Of a stretch of 64,000 nucleotides of DNA, positions 30,923-40,703 are shown one piece after another; the first letter of the stretch is position 1, and the number at the start of each line of letters is the position of its first letter. The notes under the pieces were generated by a model. The model was not told the DNA's origin, made no database searches, and worked only from the letters and a program-made list of their open reading frames with translations. The position numbers and the translations under genes were made by a program. The stretch is from Myxococcota bacterium (GTDB lineage: Bacteria > Myxococcota_A > SURF-8 > G963663525). Where the stretch lies: contig CAXXVK010000001.1 of the NCBI GenBank assembly GCA_963676915.2, positions 1-64,000 of the forward strand, written 5' to 3'.

Positions 30923-31732
30923 ATGCGAACATTTCTTTTCGGATTTTGGCAATTCCCGAGAAAAAGGGTGGTGTCAAACATATTGTTTTTCCTGAGTTTT
31001 TTTATCTTGCCCTCGTTGGTTTTCGCCGACGAGTTCACCGATATGGCTATAAAACTCATCGCACTACGAGATGAAGTCGAAACCCTTTCGGCAAAACTCG
31101 ACGAAAATAAAAGCCGGACGAGCGACCGTCTACGTTCCCTCGCTCGCCAGAAAGCCGATCTGGAAAGCCGAATCCAACGCGAGAAATTACGGATCAAGCA
31201 ATTGGATCAAACGATGAAATCCCAGCGGGAACGGCTTGCTTCGACCGAGGAGATGGGCGAACGACTTGCACCCGTAGTGTTTCAAGCCATCGATCGATTG
31301 AAGGAGGTCGTCAACGGTGGAATGCCTTTCCAGCGTCGGGAACGCCTGCACGAACTGGACGATCTGCAAGCCAAGCTTTCAGCCGGGACAATGGCTCCCA
31401 GCAAGGCACTGGCTCGTCTCTGGGCTTTCGTCGAGGACGAACTGCGCCTGACCCGAGAATGCGGGTTGTACAGGCAAACCATCACGTTGGATGGTCAGGA
31501 TGTGCTGGCCGATGTGGCTCGCGTCGGCATGGTGATGTTGTTTTTCAAAACCGCCGATGAACGGATCGGTATGGCTGTGAAACAAAACCGGAAATGGACC
31601 TATTCGTTATTTGACGATCCGGAAAACATAGACAGGGTTCGTTCGTTTTTCGACTCTCTGAAAAAGCAGATCCGCCAAGGGTATTTTCGATTGCCCAACG
31701 CCCTGCCGAAAACGGTGGAGGTGGCACCGTGA
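30923..31732 (+). CDS. DUF3450 family coiled-coil protein (TtpB-like)
   Basis: Coiled coil, MPF..ER..L, RVGMVMLFF.T.D; first gene of a TonB2/3-type operon. Confidence 0.8.
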   Translation: MRTFLFGFWQFPRKRVVSNILFFLSFFILPSLVFADEFTDMAIKLIALRDEVETLSAKLDENKSRTSDRLRSLARQKADLESRIQREKLRIKQLDQTMKSQRERLASTEEMGERLAPVVFQAIDRLKEVVNGGMPFQRRERLHELDDLQAKLSAGTMAPSKALARLWAFVEDELRLTRECGLYRQTITLDGQDVLADVARVGMVMLFFKTADERIGMAVKQNRKWTYSLFDDPENIDRVRSFFDSLKKQIRQGYFRLPNALPKTVEVAP

Positions 31733-33111
31733 AACATCGAACCGTGCGAATAGTCTTGTCCATTTTTCTTGTGCTGTCGGTTTTCTCTTTGACCGACCTT
31801 TGGGCGAAAGACTCCAGTTTAAGCCGAGCCTATAAAAAGGAATTCGCTTTTCTCGAAGCTGAAAGGGAAAACCTGCAAAAACGTCTTAAAACCGTACAAA
31901 GCGAATCGAAAAGCACCATTCGTAAAGCAGAAGCGGACATCGTTCGTCTTCAAAATGCCTTGCTGGGTCTTTCTGCGCGTGCGGATGATCTGAACGAGCG
32001 CATAATCGATATCGAACGTCAGGGAGAAACGAGAAACGAAGCTTTGGAAACATTGGAAGGGACGCTGATGCAGGCGAAGGCGACCTTGGACGGATACGAC
32101 ATCACGCTGCCGGAACCTTCCGAAAATGACTCCCCTGAAGCGCTGGAACGAACGTTTGAAAAGTCCGCCAAGTTGTTGATGAATCTTCGAAGGGTCCGTA
32201 AGGAAAAGGGAACGTTTTATCTCTCCAACGGTACGCAAGTGTCAGGTGAACGCATTCGTATCGGCAACGTCGCTTCGTACGGAATCAGTCCCCAAGGCGG
32301 CGGAGCGCTGGCACCGGCGGGTGGAGGAAAATTGAAAGTCTGGGAGACTGGCAGCCTCGCAACGGCCAAGGCTCTTGCTATTGGGAATCCTACGAAATTA
32401 TTGGATATTTTCCTCTACGAAAACGCCGAAAAGGCCATTGAGAAAAAGGTGGATAAAACGGTTAAGGAAGTCATTGAATCCGGCGGAGCCATTGCTTGGA
32501 TCATCGTTGGCATGGGGTTGGCGGCGCTGTTGATGATCCTTTTGCGCACATGGTTCCTGCTGCGTTCCTCGACCCGTACGGATGATCTCGTCCGCTATCT
32601 GGTGCCTTTGATCGAACAGGGCTGGCGAGACGAAGCGTTGAAAATCCTGAAGGAAAGTTCGGGTGCCACAGCCCGCGTCTTGATTGCAACCGTAAAAAAC
32701 CTGCATGAAGACCGCGAAAAGCTCGAAGATCGCGTCAGCGAGGCGATTCTGCACGAAACTCCGCATTTGGAACGCTTCGGCGCAGTGATTCTCGTGCTGG
32801 CAGCCGTAGCACCGTTGATGGGACTTTTGGGGACGGTTACGGGGATGATTTCGACCTTCGATGTCATTACCGAATTCGGCACGGGAGATCCTAAATTGCT
32901 TTCCGGTGGAATTTCGGAAGCTTTGGTAACGACCGAATTGGGACTGATCGTGGCGATTCCAACCCTGCTTTTCGGAAACCTGTTGACCGGATGGGCCAAC
33001 CGAATCAAAACCGGCATGGAACACGCCGCGCTGTTGATTACCAACATGTATCTGTCACGCACCGAAAAGCGAGGTGCACGGGATTCCGAAACAGTAAGGT
33101 CGGGGGCGTAA
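31729..33111 (+). CDS. TtpC-like MotA/TolQ/ExbB protein with large periplasmic domain
   Basis: Signal, coiled coil, RIG motif; C-terminal APLMGLLGTVTGMI..F, GGISEALVTTELGLIVAIP. Confidence 0.88.
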   Translation: MKHRTVRIVLSIFLVLSVFSLTDLWAKDSSLSRAYKKEFAFLEAERENLQKRLKTVQSESKSTIRKAEADIVRLQNALLGLSARADDLNERIIDIERQGETRNEALETLEGTLMQAKATLDGYDITLPEPSENDSPEALERTFEKSAKLLMNLRRVRKEKGTFYLSNGTQVSGERIRIGNVASYGISPQGGGALAPAGGGKLKVWETGSLATAKALAIGNPTKLLDIFLYENAEKAIEKKVDKTVKEVIESGGAIAWIIVGMGLAALLMILLRTWFLLRSSTRTDDLVRYLVPLIEQGWRDEALKILKESSGATARVLIATVKNLHEDREKLEDRVSEAILHETPHLERFGAVILVLAAVAPLMGLLGTVTGMISTFDVITEFGTGDPKLLSGGISEALVTTELGLIVAIPTLLFGNLLTGWANRIKTGMEHAALLITNMYLSRTEKRGARDSETVRSGA

Positions 33112-33714
33112 ATGCCGGATTTCGTGCAGGTTTTCGTCGAATACTTTTCCAAAGGGGGCTTTGTTATGCCTCCACTGATTGTCGCAACGCTGGTTTTATG
33201 GTTTGCGTTGGGTTGGCGCTTTGCAACCTTGAAACGTGGCAACCGACGTAGCGTGCGCATCCTGGTGGAGCGATATTCCCAAGGATACCCACGGAAACCG
33301 CGTGGTGTCATCGATGGTGCGGTTGCATCGGGTTTGACCTTAGCCCAAAAGCATTCGAGCGATCTTCGTTTCTATCTGGACGACGCCTTTGCCTGGATCC
33401 AGCGCGACATCGGTCGCTATGCGATGCTGGTTCGTGCCATCGTCATTGTGGCTCCCCTGGCCGGATTGCTGGGAACCGTTACCGGCATGATCGAAACCTT
33501 CGATTCGCTGGGCGACATGTCGCTGTTTTCGCAATCGGGCGGTATCGCCGGAGGAATCGGACAGGCGCTGTTCTCCACGCAAATGGGTCTTGCCGTTGCC
33601 GTACCGGGGCGAGTAGTCGGAAGAATCCTCGACCGACGCCAAGCCAATTTCGAACGCGAACTGGAGCAGATCAAGGACATTCTTTGCGGCGATATCCACG
33701 AGGAGGCAGCATGA
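33112..33714 (+). CDS. exbB: MotA/TolQ/ExbB proton channel
   Basis: APLAGLLGTVTGMIETF, GIGQALFSTQMGLAVAVP. Confidence 0.88.
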   Translation: MPDFVQVFVEYFSKGGFVMPPLIVATLVLWFALGWRFATLKRGNRRSVRILVERYSQGYPRKPRGVIDGAVASGLTLAQKHSSDLRFYLDDAFAWIQRDIGRYAMLVRAIVIVAPLAGLLGTVTGMIETFDSLGDMSLFSQSGGIAGGIGQALFSTQMGLAVAVPGRVVGRILDRRQANFERELEQIKDILCGDIHEEAA

Positions 33715-34115
33715 AATTCCGTGACCGCCGGGAAGAGGACCAGAACATCGACATCAGTCCTCTGATCGACATGGTGTTTATTTTACTGATCTTTTTCATG
33801 GTCAGCACGACATTCGTCAAAGACATGAAAATCGATATCGAGCGTCCCGGTGCTGCGTCGAGCGTACGAGCCGGAACCAAGGCGTTGCGCGTTCACCTGG
33901 ATCGTACAGGAGATATTTTCGTGGACGGTCAGCCGGTGCGTTCATGGATGCTGCAAAGCCGAGTGAGGGATTTCGTTCGTGCGGGAGTAAACAAAACCGT
34001 ACTCGTCATTACCGATCGCAGGGTGGATGCCGAAAAACTCGTGGATGTCGTGGACCAATGCCGATTGGGCGGAGCGGAAAGCGTAGGCGTCGCCACCGAA
34101 AAGGAAGCGGGCTGA
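33711..34115 (+). CDS. exbD: ExbD/TolR biopolymer transport protein
   Basis: IDISPLIDMVFILLIFFMVSTTF; ATG 33711 after AGGAGG. Confidence 0.92.
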   Translation: MKFRDRREEDQNIDISPLIDMVFILLIFFMVSTTFVKDMKIDIERPGAASSVRAGTKALRVHLDRTGDIFVDGQPVRSWMLQSRVRDFVRAGVNKTVLVITDRRVDAEKLVDVVDQCRLGGAESVGVATEKEAG

Positions 34116-34753
34116 TGTCGCCAACTCTTCGCCGTACTCTGATTGCTGTTGTCTGGATGATTGGCGGATCATCGTTGATGTTTGCGTTGTTGTTCATCAT
34201 GAACGAGTACATCGAAAAGCCTGACTTTAGCGGGAATGAAGTGCGCAGTGCTTTCGAGGTAGAACGTCCCAAACCGAAAAAAAAGCCGCCAAAACGCGAA
34301 AAGAAGGTTCAAAAGCGAAAACGCCGTAGTCGTCAAGCGCCACGGCCAGCTGCGCCACGGCTCGGAGCGGAGCTTGCAGGGTTGGATTTCGGTTTGCCTG
34401 CTTTCGATGCAAGCAGCATTTTGTCGGTAAACGATTCCGTGCTCGGTAATCTGGAAAATACGGTCATGACCGAAGATAGCGTGGACACAGCACCGCAGCC
34501 TCGTAAACGTGGAGGTGTCGAGTACCCGAAGCGGGCACGCGCCGAGGGAATTACGGGATACGTCACGCTCAATCTACTGATCGACGCCAACGGCTCGGTC
34601 GAACGCGTCAAGGTGCTCGAATCCGAACCGCCGGGCGTTTTCGATGAGGCCGCGAGCCGTGCCGTGACAAGTTGGGAATTCGATCCCGCCACCTACGAGG
34701 GGCGAGCGGTCAAGCTATGGGCGCGCCTGACGGTGCGATTCGACTTGCAATGA
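34115..34753 (+). CDS. tonB: Energy transducer TonB
   Basis: N-terminal TM helix, Lys/Pro-rich linker, YPKRARAEGITGYV, VFDEAA..AV..WEFDP. Confidence 0.92.
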   Translation: MSPTLRRTLIAVVWMIGGSSLMFALLFIMNEYIEKPDFSGNEVRSAFEVERPKPKKKPPKREKKVQKRKRRSRQAPRPAAPRLGAELAGLDFGLPAFDASSILSVNDSVLGNLENTVMTEDSVDTAPQPRKRGGVEYPKRARAEGITGYVTLNLLIDANGSVERVKVLESEPPGVFDEAASRAVTSWEFDPATYEGRAVKLWARLTVRFDLQ

Positions 34754-35937
34754 AACGAAATGAACTGAAATTTTCGATGTTTTTCCGAGATTGCATCCTA
34801 GTGAGTTTTTTTGTGATGGTCATGTACGCGCTACCGCTCCACGCTGCAAAGGAAACCGAGGAGGATGACCTCGACCATCTCGCCCTGGCAGCGTTGATGA
34901 TCCGCGATGGCCATTACGACCGGGCGGAAAAAGTACTTGAAAACGTGGACCCTACCGACGAAACCACCGATCAACCACGCTACTACACCTTACGGGGGCT
35001 TGTCTTGCTTCATCGGGGGCTTTTTAGGGACTGTGCAAGCGCCTTGAATACAGCGATTGAAAAAGGGCAGGATGCACCTATTGTGCATGTCTATCTCGCT
35101 CAAGCCTATTTTGGTCTGGAACTGTGGCAAAAAGCCCTCGACGCTTTGGACGCCGCCGAGGAAGAAGGTCGCAGGGTGCCGGAATCGTACATCTTGCGGG
35201 CGCAATGTCACTGGAACCTGAAACGCTATGAGCAGGCATGGAGCGCGTTGGAGGAAGGCTTGCAGCGTTTTCCCCAACATCCGGCACTGCAACGGCGACA
35301 GGTGTTTACGCTCGTCGAACTCAAATTGTTTCAAGAAGCGGTACATCTGGCTCAAACGCTGCTGTCTCCCGAAAACGCCAAACCCGAGGACGGTCTTGCT
35401 GTGGCAGAGGCATTGATCCGAAGCGGTGAGCCTCGACGAGCCATCGAGTTGCTCGAAACTCTACGCCTTCGTTTCCCTGATCACGCAGATATGGCAAAAG
35501 CCCTAGCCCACGCCTGGCATGAGGATGGAAAACCACTGGCGGCAGCGGCGATTTTCGAAGAGGTCGCCCGGACCGAACCCGCGTTTGCCTTCGAAACAGC
35601 CGAATTGTATCGACAAGCTGGACGAATTCGCCGAGCGTTGTACTGGAACTCGCGAATCGACGACCAGAAAAAGAAAATTCGTCAGCGGTTGGGATTGCTG
35701 TTGCAGGTCGAACGCTTCGAAATGGCTGCTGCGCTGGAATCGCGGCTGTCACGCTTGGGATTGCTTGAGGACGAGGAAATCCGTTACGCGCTGGCCTATG
35801 CCTTGTTCAAAAGTCGCGATTTTGCGCGATGTGAAACCCACTTGAAACATCTGACACGTTCCGACCTGTTTCAGAACGCCAATAAACTGCGTTTGGCTAT
35901 GGAGTCCTGCAAATCGGACCGCTGGGAGTGCTACTGA
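34750..35937 (+). CDS. Exported tetratricopeptide-repeat protein (TtpD-like position)
   Basis: Signal peptide and Ala/Leu-rich helical TPR patterns; overlaps tonB and the receptor. Confidence 0.8.
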   Translation: MKRNELKFSMFFRDCILVSFFVMVMYALPLHAAKETEEDDLDHLALAALMIRDGHYDRAEKVLENVDPTDETTDQPRYYTLRGLVLLHRGLFRDCASALNTAIEKGQDAPIVHVYLAQAYFGLELWQKALDALDAAEEEGRRVPESYILRAQCHWNLKRYEQAWSALEEGLQRFPQHPALQRRQVFTLVELKLFQEAVHLAQTLLSPENAKPEDGLAVAEALIRSGEPRRAIELLETLRLRFPDHADMAKALAHAWHEDGKPLAAAAIFEEVARTEPAFAFETAELYRQAGRIRRALYWNSRIDDQKKKIRQRLGLLLQVERFEMAAALESRLSRLGLLEDEEIRYALAYALFKSRDFARCETHLKHLTRSDLFQNANKLRLAMESCKSDRWECY

Positions 35938-38900
35938 TGCCGCGTTGGATGATCTCCATTTCGTGTTTTGTTTTCGTGCTTATCTCTGCGGTTTCCGAGG
36001 TTCGAGCGGAACAAGGCGCAGTTACCTGCTATGTGTTTTCCGAAACACGGGACACTCCGATGGAAGGGGCCGAAGTCTTTGTCGAAACCATCGATTCAAC
36101 CGTAACCAACGTCCATGGTGCGGCTCGTTTACGCCTTGCGCCGGGACGCTACATCGTGCATGTCAGTTCTCCGGGATTTCGTCCTGCCCGCATCGAAGAT
36201 GTGCATATCGTTGCGAAAGAAGTTACCGAGGTACTTGTCACGCTGTCGCCCACCAAAGCACCCACCTGGGATATCGAAGTAGCCGCTCACGCCTTGAACG
36301 ACGCGGTGGCCGCTCCAACTGCCGATCCGAATGCCCCCACCGGGACGATTTCCGGCCTTCTCAAAAGCCTGGATAGCGGAGAATCCGTCGCTAACGCACG
36401 GATTTTCGTCAAAGGATACGGTTTCGAAGCACGTAGCGACGTCAAAGGTCGGTTTTTGTTGGAAATTCCCGCAGGAACGTACACGCTTTCGGTGATTCAC
36501 CCGGATTTTTCCACTCAATCCATCGATGGTATTACGGTGACGACGGAGCAAACCACAGCGGTCGAAATCGAGCTGACACCTTCCTCCGTCACCTTGGCCG
36601 ATTACACGGTCACGGCTCCTCATATCGAAGGTGGTGTAGCCTCGATGTTGTCCCAGCGTCGCGAGTCCAGCGCCGTGGCCGATGTCATCGGTGCCGAACA
36701 GATCGCCAAGACCGGGGACAGTTCCGCCGCCGGAGCCTTGAAACGGGTCACGGGACTTACGGTAGTCGGGGGAAAGTATGTGTATGTACGCGGTATGGGA
36801 GAACGCTATTCGAGCACGTTGCTCAACGGTGCGACGCTCCCCAGTCCCGAACCCGAACGCCGTGTGGTGCCGTTGGATATGTTTCCGGTGGGAATCCTGG
36901 AAAGCGTAGTGATTCAAAAAACATACTCGCCGGACCTTCCCGGAGGATTCGGTGGAGGGACAATCCTTCTGAAAACACGCGGTCGCCCCGAGAGCTTTAC
37001 GTTGAATACAAGCCTGTCCACTGGTTTCAAGACGGATACAACGTTTCGTAAAGGTTTGACCTATTCCGGTGGGAAGCTGGATTTTCTGGGAATCGACGAC
37101 GGCACCCGCGCCCTACCGGACAAAGTGCGTCAAGCCAGCAACTCCGAACAGCTTCTCGAAAGCGACCGGTTCTCGGACCGAGGATTTAGTGCGGAAGAGT
37201 TGGAAACCTTTGGAGAAAGTCTGTCCAACGTCTGGTCGCCCCACCGAAAAACCGTACCCCCGGATGTCGGTTTATCGATGACCGTGGGGGACAGTTATCA
37301 GGTGGGACAAACACCGATGGGGTTCTTGTTCGCCGCAAGCTATGGAAATTCCTGGGATCTTCAAAAAAGCCATCGAAATTACTATATCGTTGGCAGTGAT
37401 GACGCTTTGGAACTCAAACACGCCTACGATTTCGAATCGTTGGAAAATAATATAACCCTCGGTGCGATTTTGGATCTCAGCACCGAAATTGCCGAAAAAC
37501 ATACGCTGAAATCAACAACTCTATTGATTCGTACCACCGATGACGAAGCTCGGGTCTATTCCGGCTACAATCGTGATGTAGACACCAACATTCGCGTCAC
37601 GCGCCTGCGCTGGATCGAGCGAATGCTGATCGTTCAGCAACTTACGGGATCTCACACTTTCGAGCAAGCGCAGAACCTGAATCTTGGTTGGCATTATGCG
37701 TATTCCCGCGCCTCGCGCTATGAACCGGATCGCCGGGAATTGCGTTTCGACCAGGAATCCGGCCAACCGGACCTCTGGATGCTTTCCGACCGACCGGAAG
37801 GCAACCAGCGCCTTTTCAGCGACCTCGTGGACCACAACCACGACGCCGGATTCACATTCTCCATTCCTTATCCCATCTGGCTGGATCTCGAAGCCTCGGC
37901 GGAAGCGGGGGTGAACCTCGTCTGGCGCTCCCGTCATGTCGATACCAGACGTTTCAAGTTCGAACATAAAGGCGAACTCAGTACCGACGTCGAGATCATT
38001 TCCCAATCGCCGGAAGAGATTTTTTCACCGGAAAACATCGGATCGGACGGCTTCCAGTTCCAGGAAACCACGCGCCAGACCGACAATTACAAGGCGGACG
38101 GGCAGCTTTTCGCAGGATATCTGAAAACGGATCTACCGTTACTCGCTTCTCTGCTTCTCATGGTGGGGTTTCGGGTCGAGCATTCGTCCCAAAGCGTCAC
38201 AACGTACGAGCTTTTCAATCCCGACAACGCACCCGTCGAGGCAAACGTGCGTACCACGGACGTCTTGCCCGCTGCAACGCTGACCTGGAAATGCACCGAT
38301 GATATGCAGCTTCGTGCCGGGTACGGCATGACGGTTTCCAGACCGGATTTTCGTGAATTATCCCCTGCCACGTTCAACGACGTGACCGGTGGACGGCAAA
38401 TTTTCGGCAATCCCGATCTGGAACGCACCAAAATCCACAATCTCGATCTTAGATACGAATACTATTTCTCGACGCTCGAAAACGTTTCACTGGCTCTGTT
38501 TTACAAGGATTTTTCAAAACCCATTGAAACGGTCGTGGTACCCAGCGCTCAGCAATCCGTTACGTATGCCAATGCGAAAGGGGCGCAAAATCTGGGAGCA
38601 GAGTTGGAATTCCGCAAGAATTTCAGCTTCTTTGCAGATGTATTGAAAGATCTATCGCTTTCGGGAAACATCGCTTACATCCAATCTCGCATTCGTCTGG
38701 CCGAGGACAGCGGCATCCAGACATCCAACAACCGACCCTTGCAGGGACAGTCGCCCTATGTCGTCAATGCACAACTCGGATACGATAACGAGGACTGGGG
38801 AACGAGTCTGACCCTCGTGTACAACGTATTCGGTCCGCGAATCGTGGAAGTGGGAGCACAGGGAGCGCCGGATGTCATCGAGCAACCGTTTCACCAACTG

Positions 38901-39059
38901 GATTTCGTGGCTATGCAAAAACTCCCGGCAGGATTTTCGCTGAAATTGAAGTTGAAAAACCTGATTGACCCACCCGTACGATACGTTCAAGGTTCGAAAA
39001 CCACAAACGAATACCATCGTGGACTCAAAGTTTCTCTCGACCTAGGCTGGTCCTATTAG
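35937..39059 (+). CDS. TonB-dependent receptor with two N-terminal carboxypeptidase-regulatory-like domains
   Basis: Plug motifs ALKRVTGL, YVYVRGMGERYS, VPLDMFP, KTYSPD; barrel SRPDFREL, GNPDL; C-terminal aromatic (WSY). Confidence 0.95.
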   Translation: MPRWMISISCFVFVLISAVSEVRAEQGAVTCYVFSETRDTPMEGAEVFVETIDSTVTNVHGAARLRLAPGRYIVHVSSPGFRPARIEDVHIVAKEVTEVLVTLSPTKAPTWDIEVAAHALNDAVAAPTADPNAPTGTISGLLKSLDSGESVANARIFVKGYGFEARSDVKGRFLLEIPAGTYTLSVIHPDFSTQSIDGITVTTEQTTAVEIELTPSSVTLADYTVTAPHIEGGVASMLSQRRESSAVADVIGAEQIAKTGDSSAAGALKRVTGLTVVGGKYVYVRGMGERYSSTLLNGATLPSPEPERRVVPLDMFPVGILESVVIQKTYSPDLPGGFGGGTILLKTRGRPESFTLNTSLSTGFKTDTTFRKGLTYSGGKLDFLGIDDGTRALPDKVRQASNSEQLLESDRFSDRGFSAEELETFGESLSNVWSPHRKTVPPDVGLSMTVGDSYQVGQTPMGFLFAASYGNSWDLQKSHRNYYIVGSDDALELKHAYDFESLENNITLGAILDLSTEIAEKHTLKSTTLLIRTTDDEARVYSGYNRDVDTNIRVTRLRWIERMLIVQQLTGSHTFEQAQNLNLGWHYAYSRASRYEPDRRELRFDQESGQPDLWMLSDRPEGNQRLFSDLVDHNHDAGFTFSIPYPIWLDLEASAEAGVNLVWRSRHVDTRRFKFEHKGELSTDVEIISQSPEEIFSPENIGSDGFQFQETTRQTDNYKADGQLFAGYLKTDLPLLASLLLMVGFRVEHSSQSVTTYELFNPDNAPVEANVRTTDVLPAATLTWKCTDDMQLRAGYGMTVSRPDFRELSPATFNDVTGGRQIFGNPDLERTKIHNLDLRYEYYFSTLENVSLALFYKDFSKPIETVVVPSAQQSVTYANAKGAQNLGAELEFRKNFSFFADVLKDLSLSGNIAYIQSRIRLAEDSGIQTSNNRPLQGQSPYVVNAQLGYDNEDWGTSLTLVYNVFGPRIVEVGAQGAPDVIEQPFHQLDFVAMQKLPAGFSLKLKLKNLIDPPVRYVQGSKTTNEYHRGLKVSLDLGWSY

Positions 39060-39095
39060 CAAGTCCTGATTGCCTGTCTGGATAATTACGTTGTA

Positions 39096-39131
39096 GTAGC
39101 CGGGTAGCCGGGTAGCCGGGTAGCCGGGTAG
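39096..39131 (+). repeat. Tandem repeat (GTAGCCGG)x4 plus GTAG
   Basis: Four exact 8-bp units abutting the first REP. Confidence 0.9.
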
Positions 39132-39279
39132 GTCGGACAGATTTTCTGTCCGACACAGCTTGCTGACAAAGGTTTTTTGTCGTTTTTGAGCTTCAATAAT
39201 TTCAATAAGTTACAGACGGAAGAAATTGTTCAAAGTGGGGTTTGTCAATTGCCTGGGTCGGACAGATTTTCTGTCCGAC
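39128..39279. mobile_element. REPIN/BIME-like element (two family-A hairpins plus ~100-bp core)
   Basis: GTAG-GTCGGACAG-ATTTT-CTGTCCGAC, core, second identical hairpin; core homologous to the reverse complement of 53426-53527. Confidence 0.85.
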
Positions 39280-39323
39280 AATTCCTTTTGGTAAGCAGAG
39301 CCAACAGATGATACAATTTATCC

Positions 39324-39860
39324 ATGAAAGATCTGAGACGACTTTATATTGAAGGTGGTACATACTTTTTTACGGTTGTAACCAACAAACGGCGAAAATT
39401 GCTTTGCAAACCGGAATCGCGATTGGCTTTGCGAACTGCGATAAGTGATGTGCGTTCCAGGCATCCCTTTGATATCATTGCATGGGTTTTATTACCTGAT
39501 CATTTGCATTGCATCTGGACATTACCGGCAGGTGATGCAGATTTTTCAATGCGCTGGAGCTTGATTAAACGCAATGTTTCATATCAGTTAAAAGACAGGT
39601 TTGGCACACGTTCAGACAGAACATTGAAGCAGCTGAAAAATCGTGAAGCCGGATTCTGGCAGCACAGGTTTTGGGAACATGCAATAAAAGATGAAAATGA
39701 TTTAATTCGGCATTTCGATTATGTCCATTTCAATCCTGTAAAACATGGTTTAGTTGAGATGGTGGAGGGTTGGAAGTGGTCAACCTTTCATAAGTATTTA
39801 CGAATGGGATATTACGATACGGAGAGAATGCCAGGTGATGAAGATGTTGCAGGAGAATGA
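39324..39860 (+). CDS. rayT: REP-associated tyrosine transposase (RAYT/TnpA-REP, HUH Y1)
   Basis: YFFTVVT, VLLPDHLH (HUH), RW..IK, WQHRFWEH, DYVHFNPVKHGLV, WKWSTF; flanked by inverted GTAG-REPs (39128 and 39873-39899). Confidence 0.93.
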   Translation: MKDLRRLYIEGGTYFFTVVTNKRRKLLCKPESRLALRTAISDVRSRHPFDIIAWVLLPDHLHCIWTLPAGDADFSMRWSLIKRNVSYQLKDRFGTRSDRTLKQLKNREAGFWQHRFWEHAIKDENDLIRHFDYVHFNPVKHGLVEMVEGWKWSTFHKYLRMGYYDTERMPGDEDVAGE

Positions 39861-40315
39861 TATCTTGCTTGTGTCGGACAGAAAATCTGTCCGACCTACT
39901 ACTAAAGGGGAGAAAGGGTAACGAAATTCGTGATTGTTTTGATTTGAGAGTTTTATACTTTTATAATGCAAAAAAGATTTTACGGAAAAGTAGGGAATGG
40001 AGAGAATTGATAGAATCAGTAAAAGATCATTTGATAAAAAATTTTGAACATGCTGAAACCTATTTTCAGCCTTGTCATGATGCTGTATCACCGAACACCG
40101 TTTGCAATGATCCAATTGATTGTTATTTAGGAGTATTTGGTGATATTATCTATCGATACATAACCTATTGTGATTTTGAAACTGCTAGTCAGTTACTAAA
40201 TAAAGCAAAACCTCTTCTTGAAAAAACTGGCAATAAAAAATTATTATCAGATTATGGTAAATATGAATCATATCAAATTCCTAAGTATAAAAGAATTTGC
40301 AATGAGAAGGAATGA
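39857..40315 (+). CDS. AT-rich hypothetical ORF, probably 5'-truncated by the REP
   Basis: Open frame of helical-looking protein; its first codons run through the REP at 39873-39899; no recognisable family. Confidence 0.45.
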   Translation: MISCLCRTENLSDLLLKGRKGNEIRDCFDLRVLYFYNAKKILRKSREWRELIESVKDHLIKNFEHAETYFQPCHDAVSPNTVCNDPIDCYLGVFGDIIYRYITYCDFETASQLLNKAKPLLEKTGNKKLLSDYGKYESYQIPKYKRICNEKE

Positions 40316-40469
40316 CCTTGTTAGATTGATGATAACCGTCCCCAATGACTCCACGTGGGTGCCGAAAACACCATCCAAGGAGTCATTAGCATAATCATAT
40401 CAACCCTGCCCCATAGTAGGGACCGTTGGACACCTGCTCTGCACCCGTTTTTCTTTGACCTTTTCGATT

Positions 40470-40590
40470 TAGCCGGGTAGGTCGGACAGATTTTCTGTCC
40501 GACAATTCCTTTTGGTAAGCAGTAGTAGATCTGGGCTAATTTTTAGCCCGACACCTTGGCATTGTCGGGCAAGAAATTTGCCCGACCTAC
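40470..40590. repeat. Family-A REP cluster: one REP plus an inverted doublet
   Basis: GTAG-hairpin 40477-40503; doublet 40525-40590 ending GTCGGGCAA-GAAAT-TTGCCCGAC-CTAC. Confidence 0.85.
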
Positions 40591-40703
40591 GTGAGATATT
40601 TTCGATACTTGATAGTGAAATGGTATAAGCACAAACGTGAGGAGCAGGATACAATCCTGCTCCATCTAAACTCAAAGTGTCGGAAACCATTCGCTGCCTT
40701 CCA

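Noticed and set aside
40325-40435. Fluoride riboswitch or integron attC site
   Set aside because: GCTAATGACTCC on the minus strand lacks the 5' GATGGAG pseudoknot partner, and there are no complementary RYYYAAC/GTTRRRY cores or integrase.
39096-40590. Repeated 23-bp palindromes as a CRISPR array
   Set aside because: Spacing is irregular, orientations are mixed, there are no cas genes, and GTAG feet plus rayT explain them as REPs.
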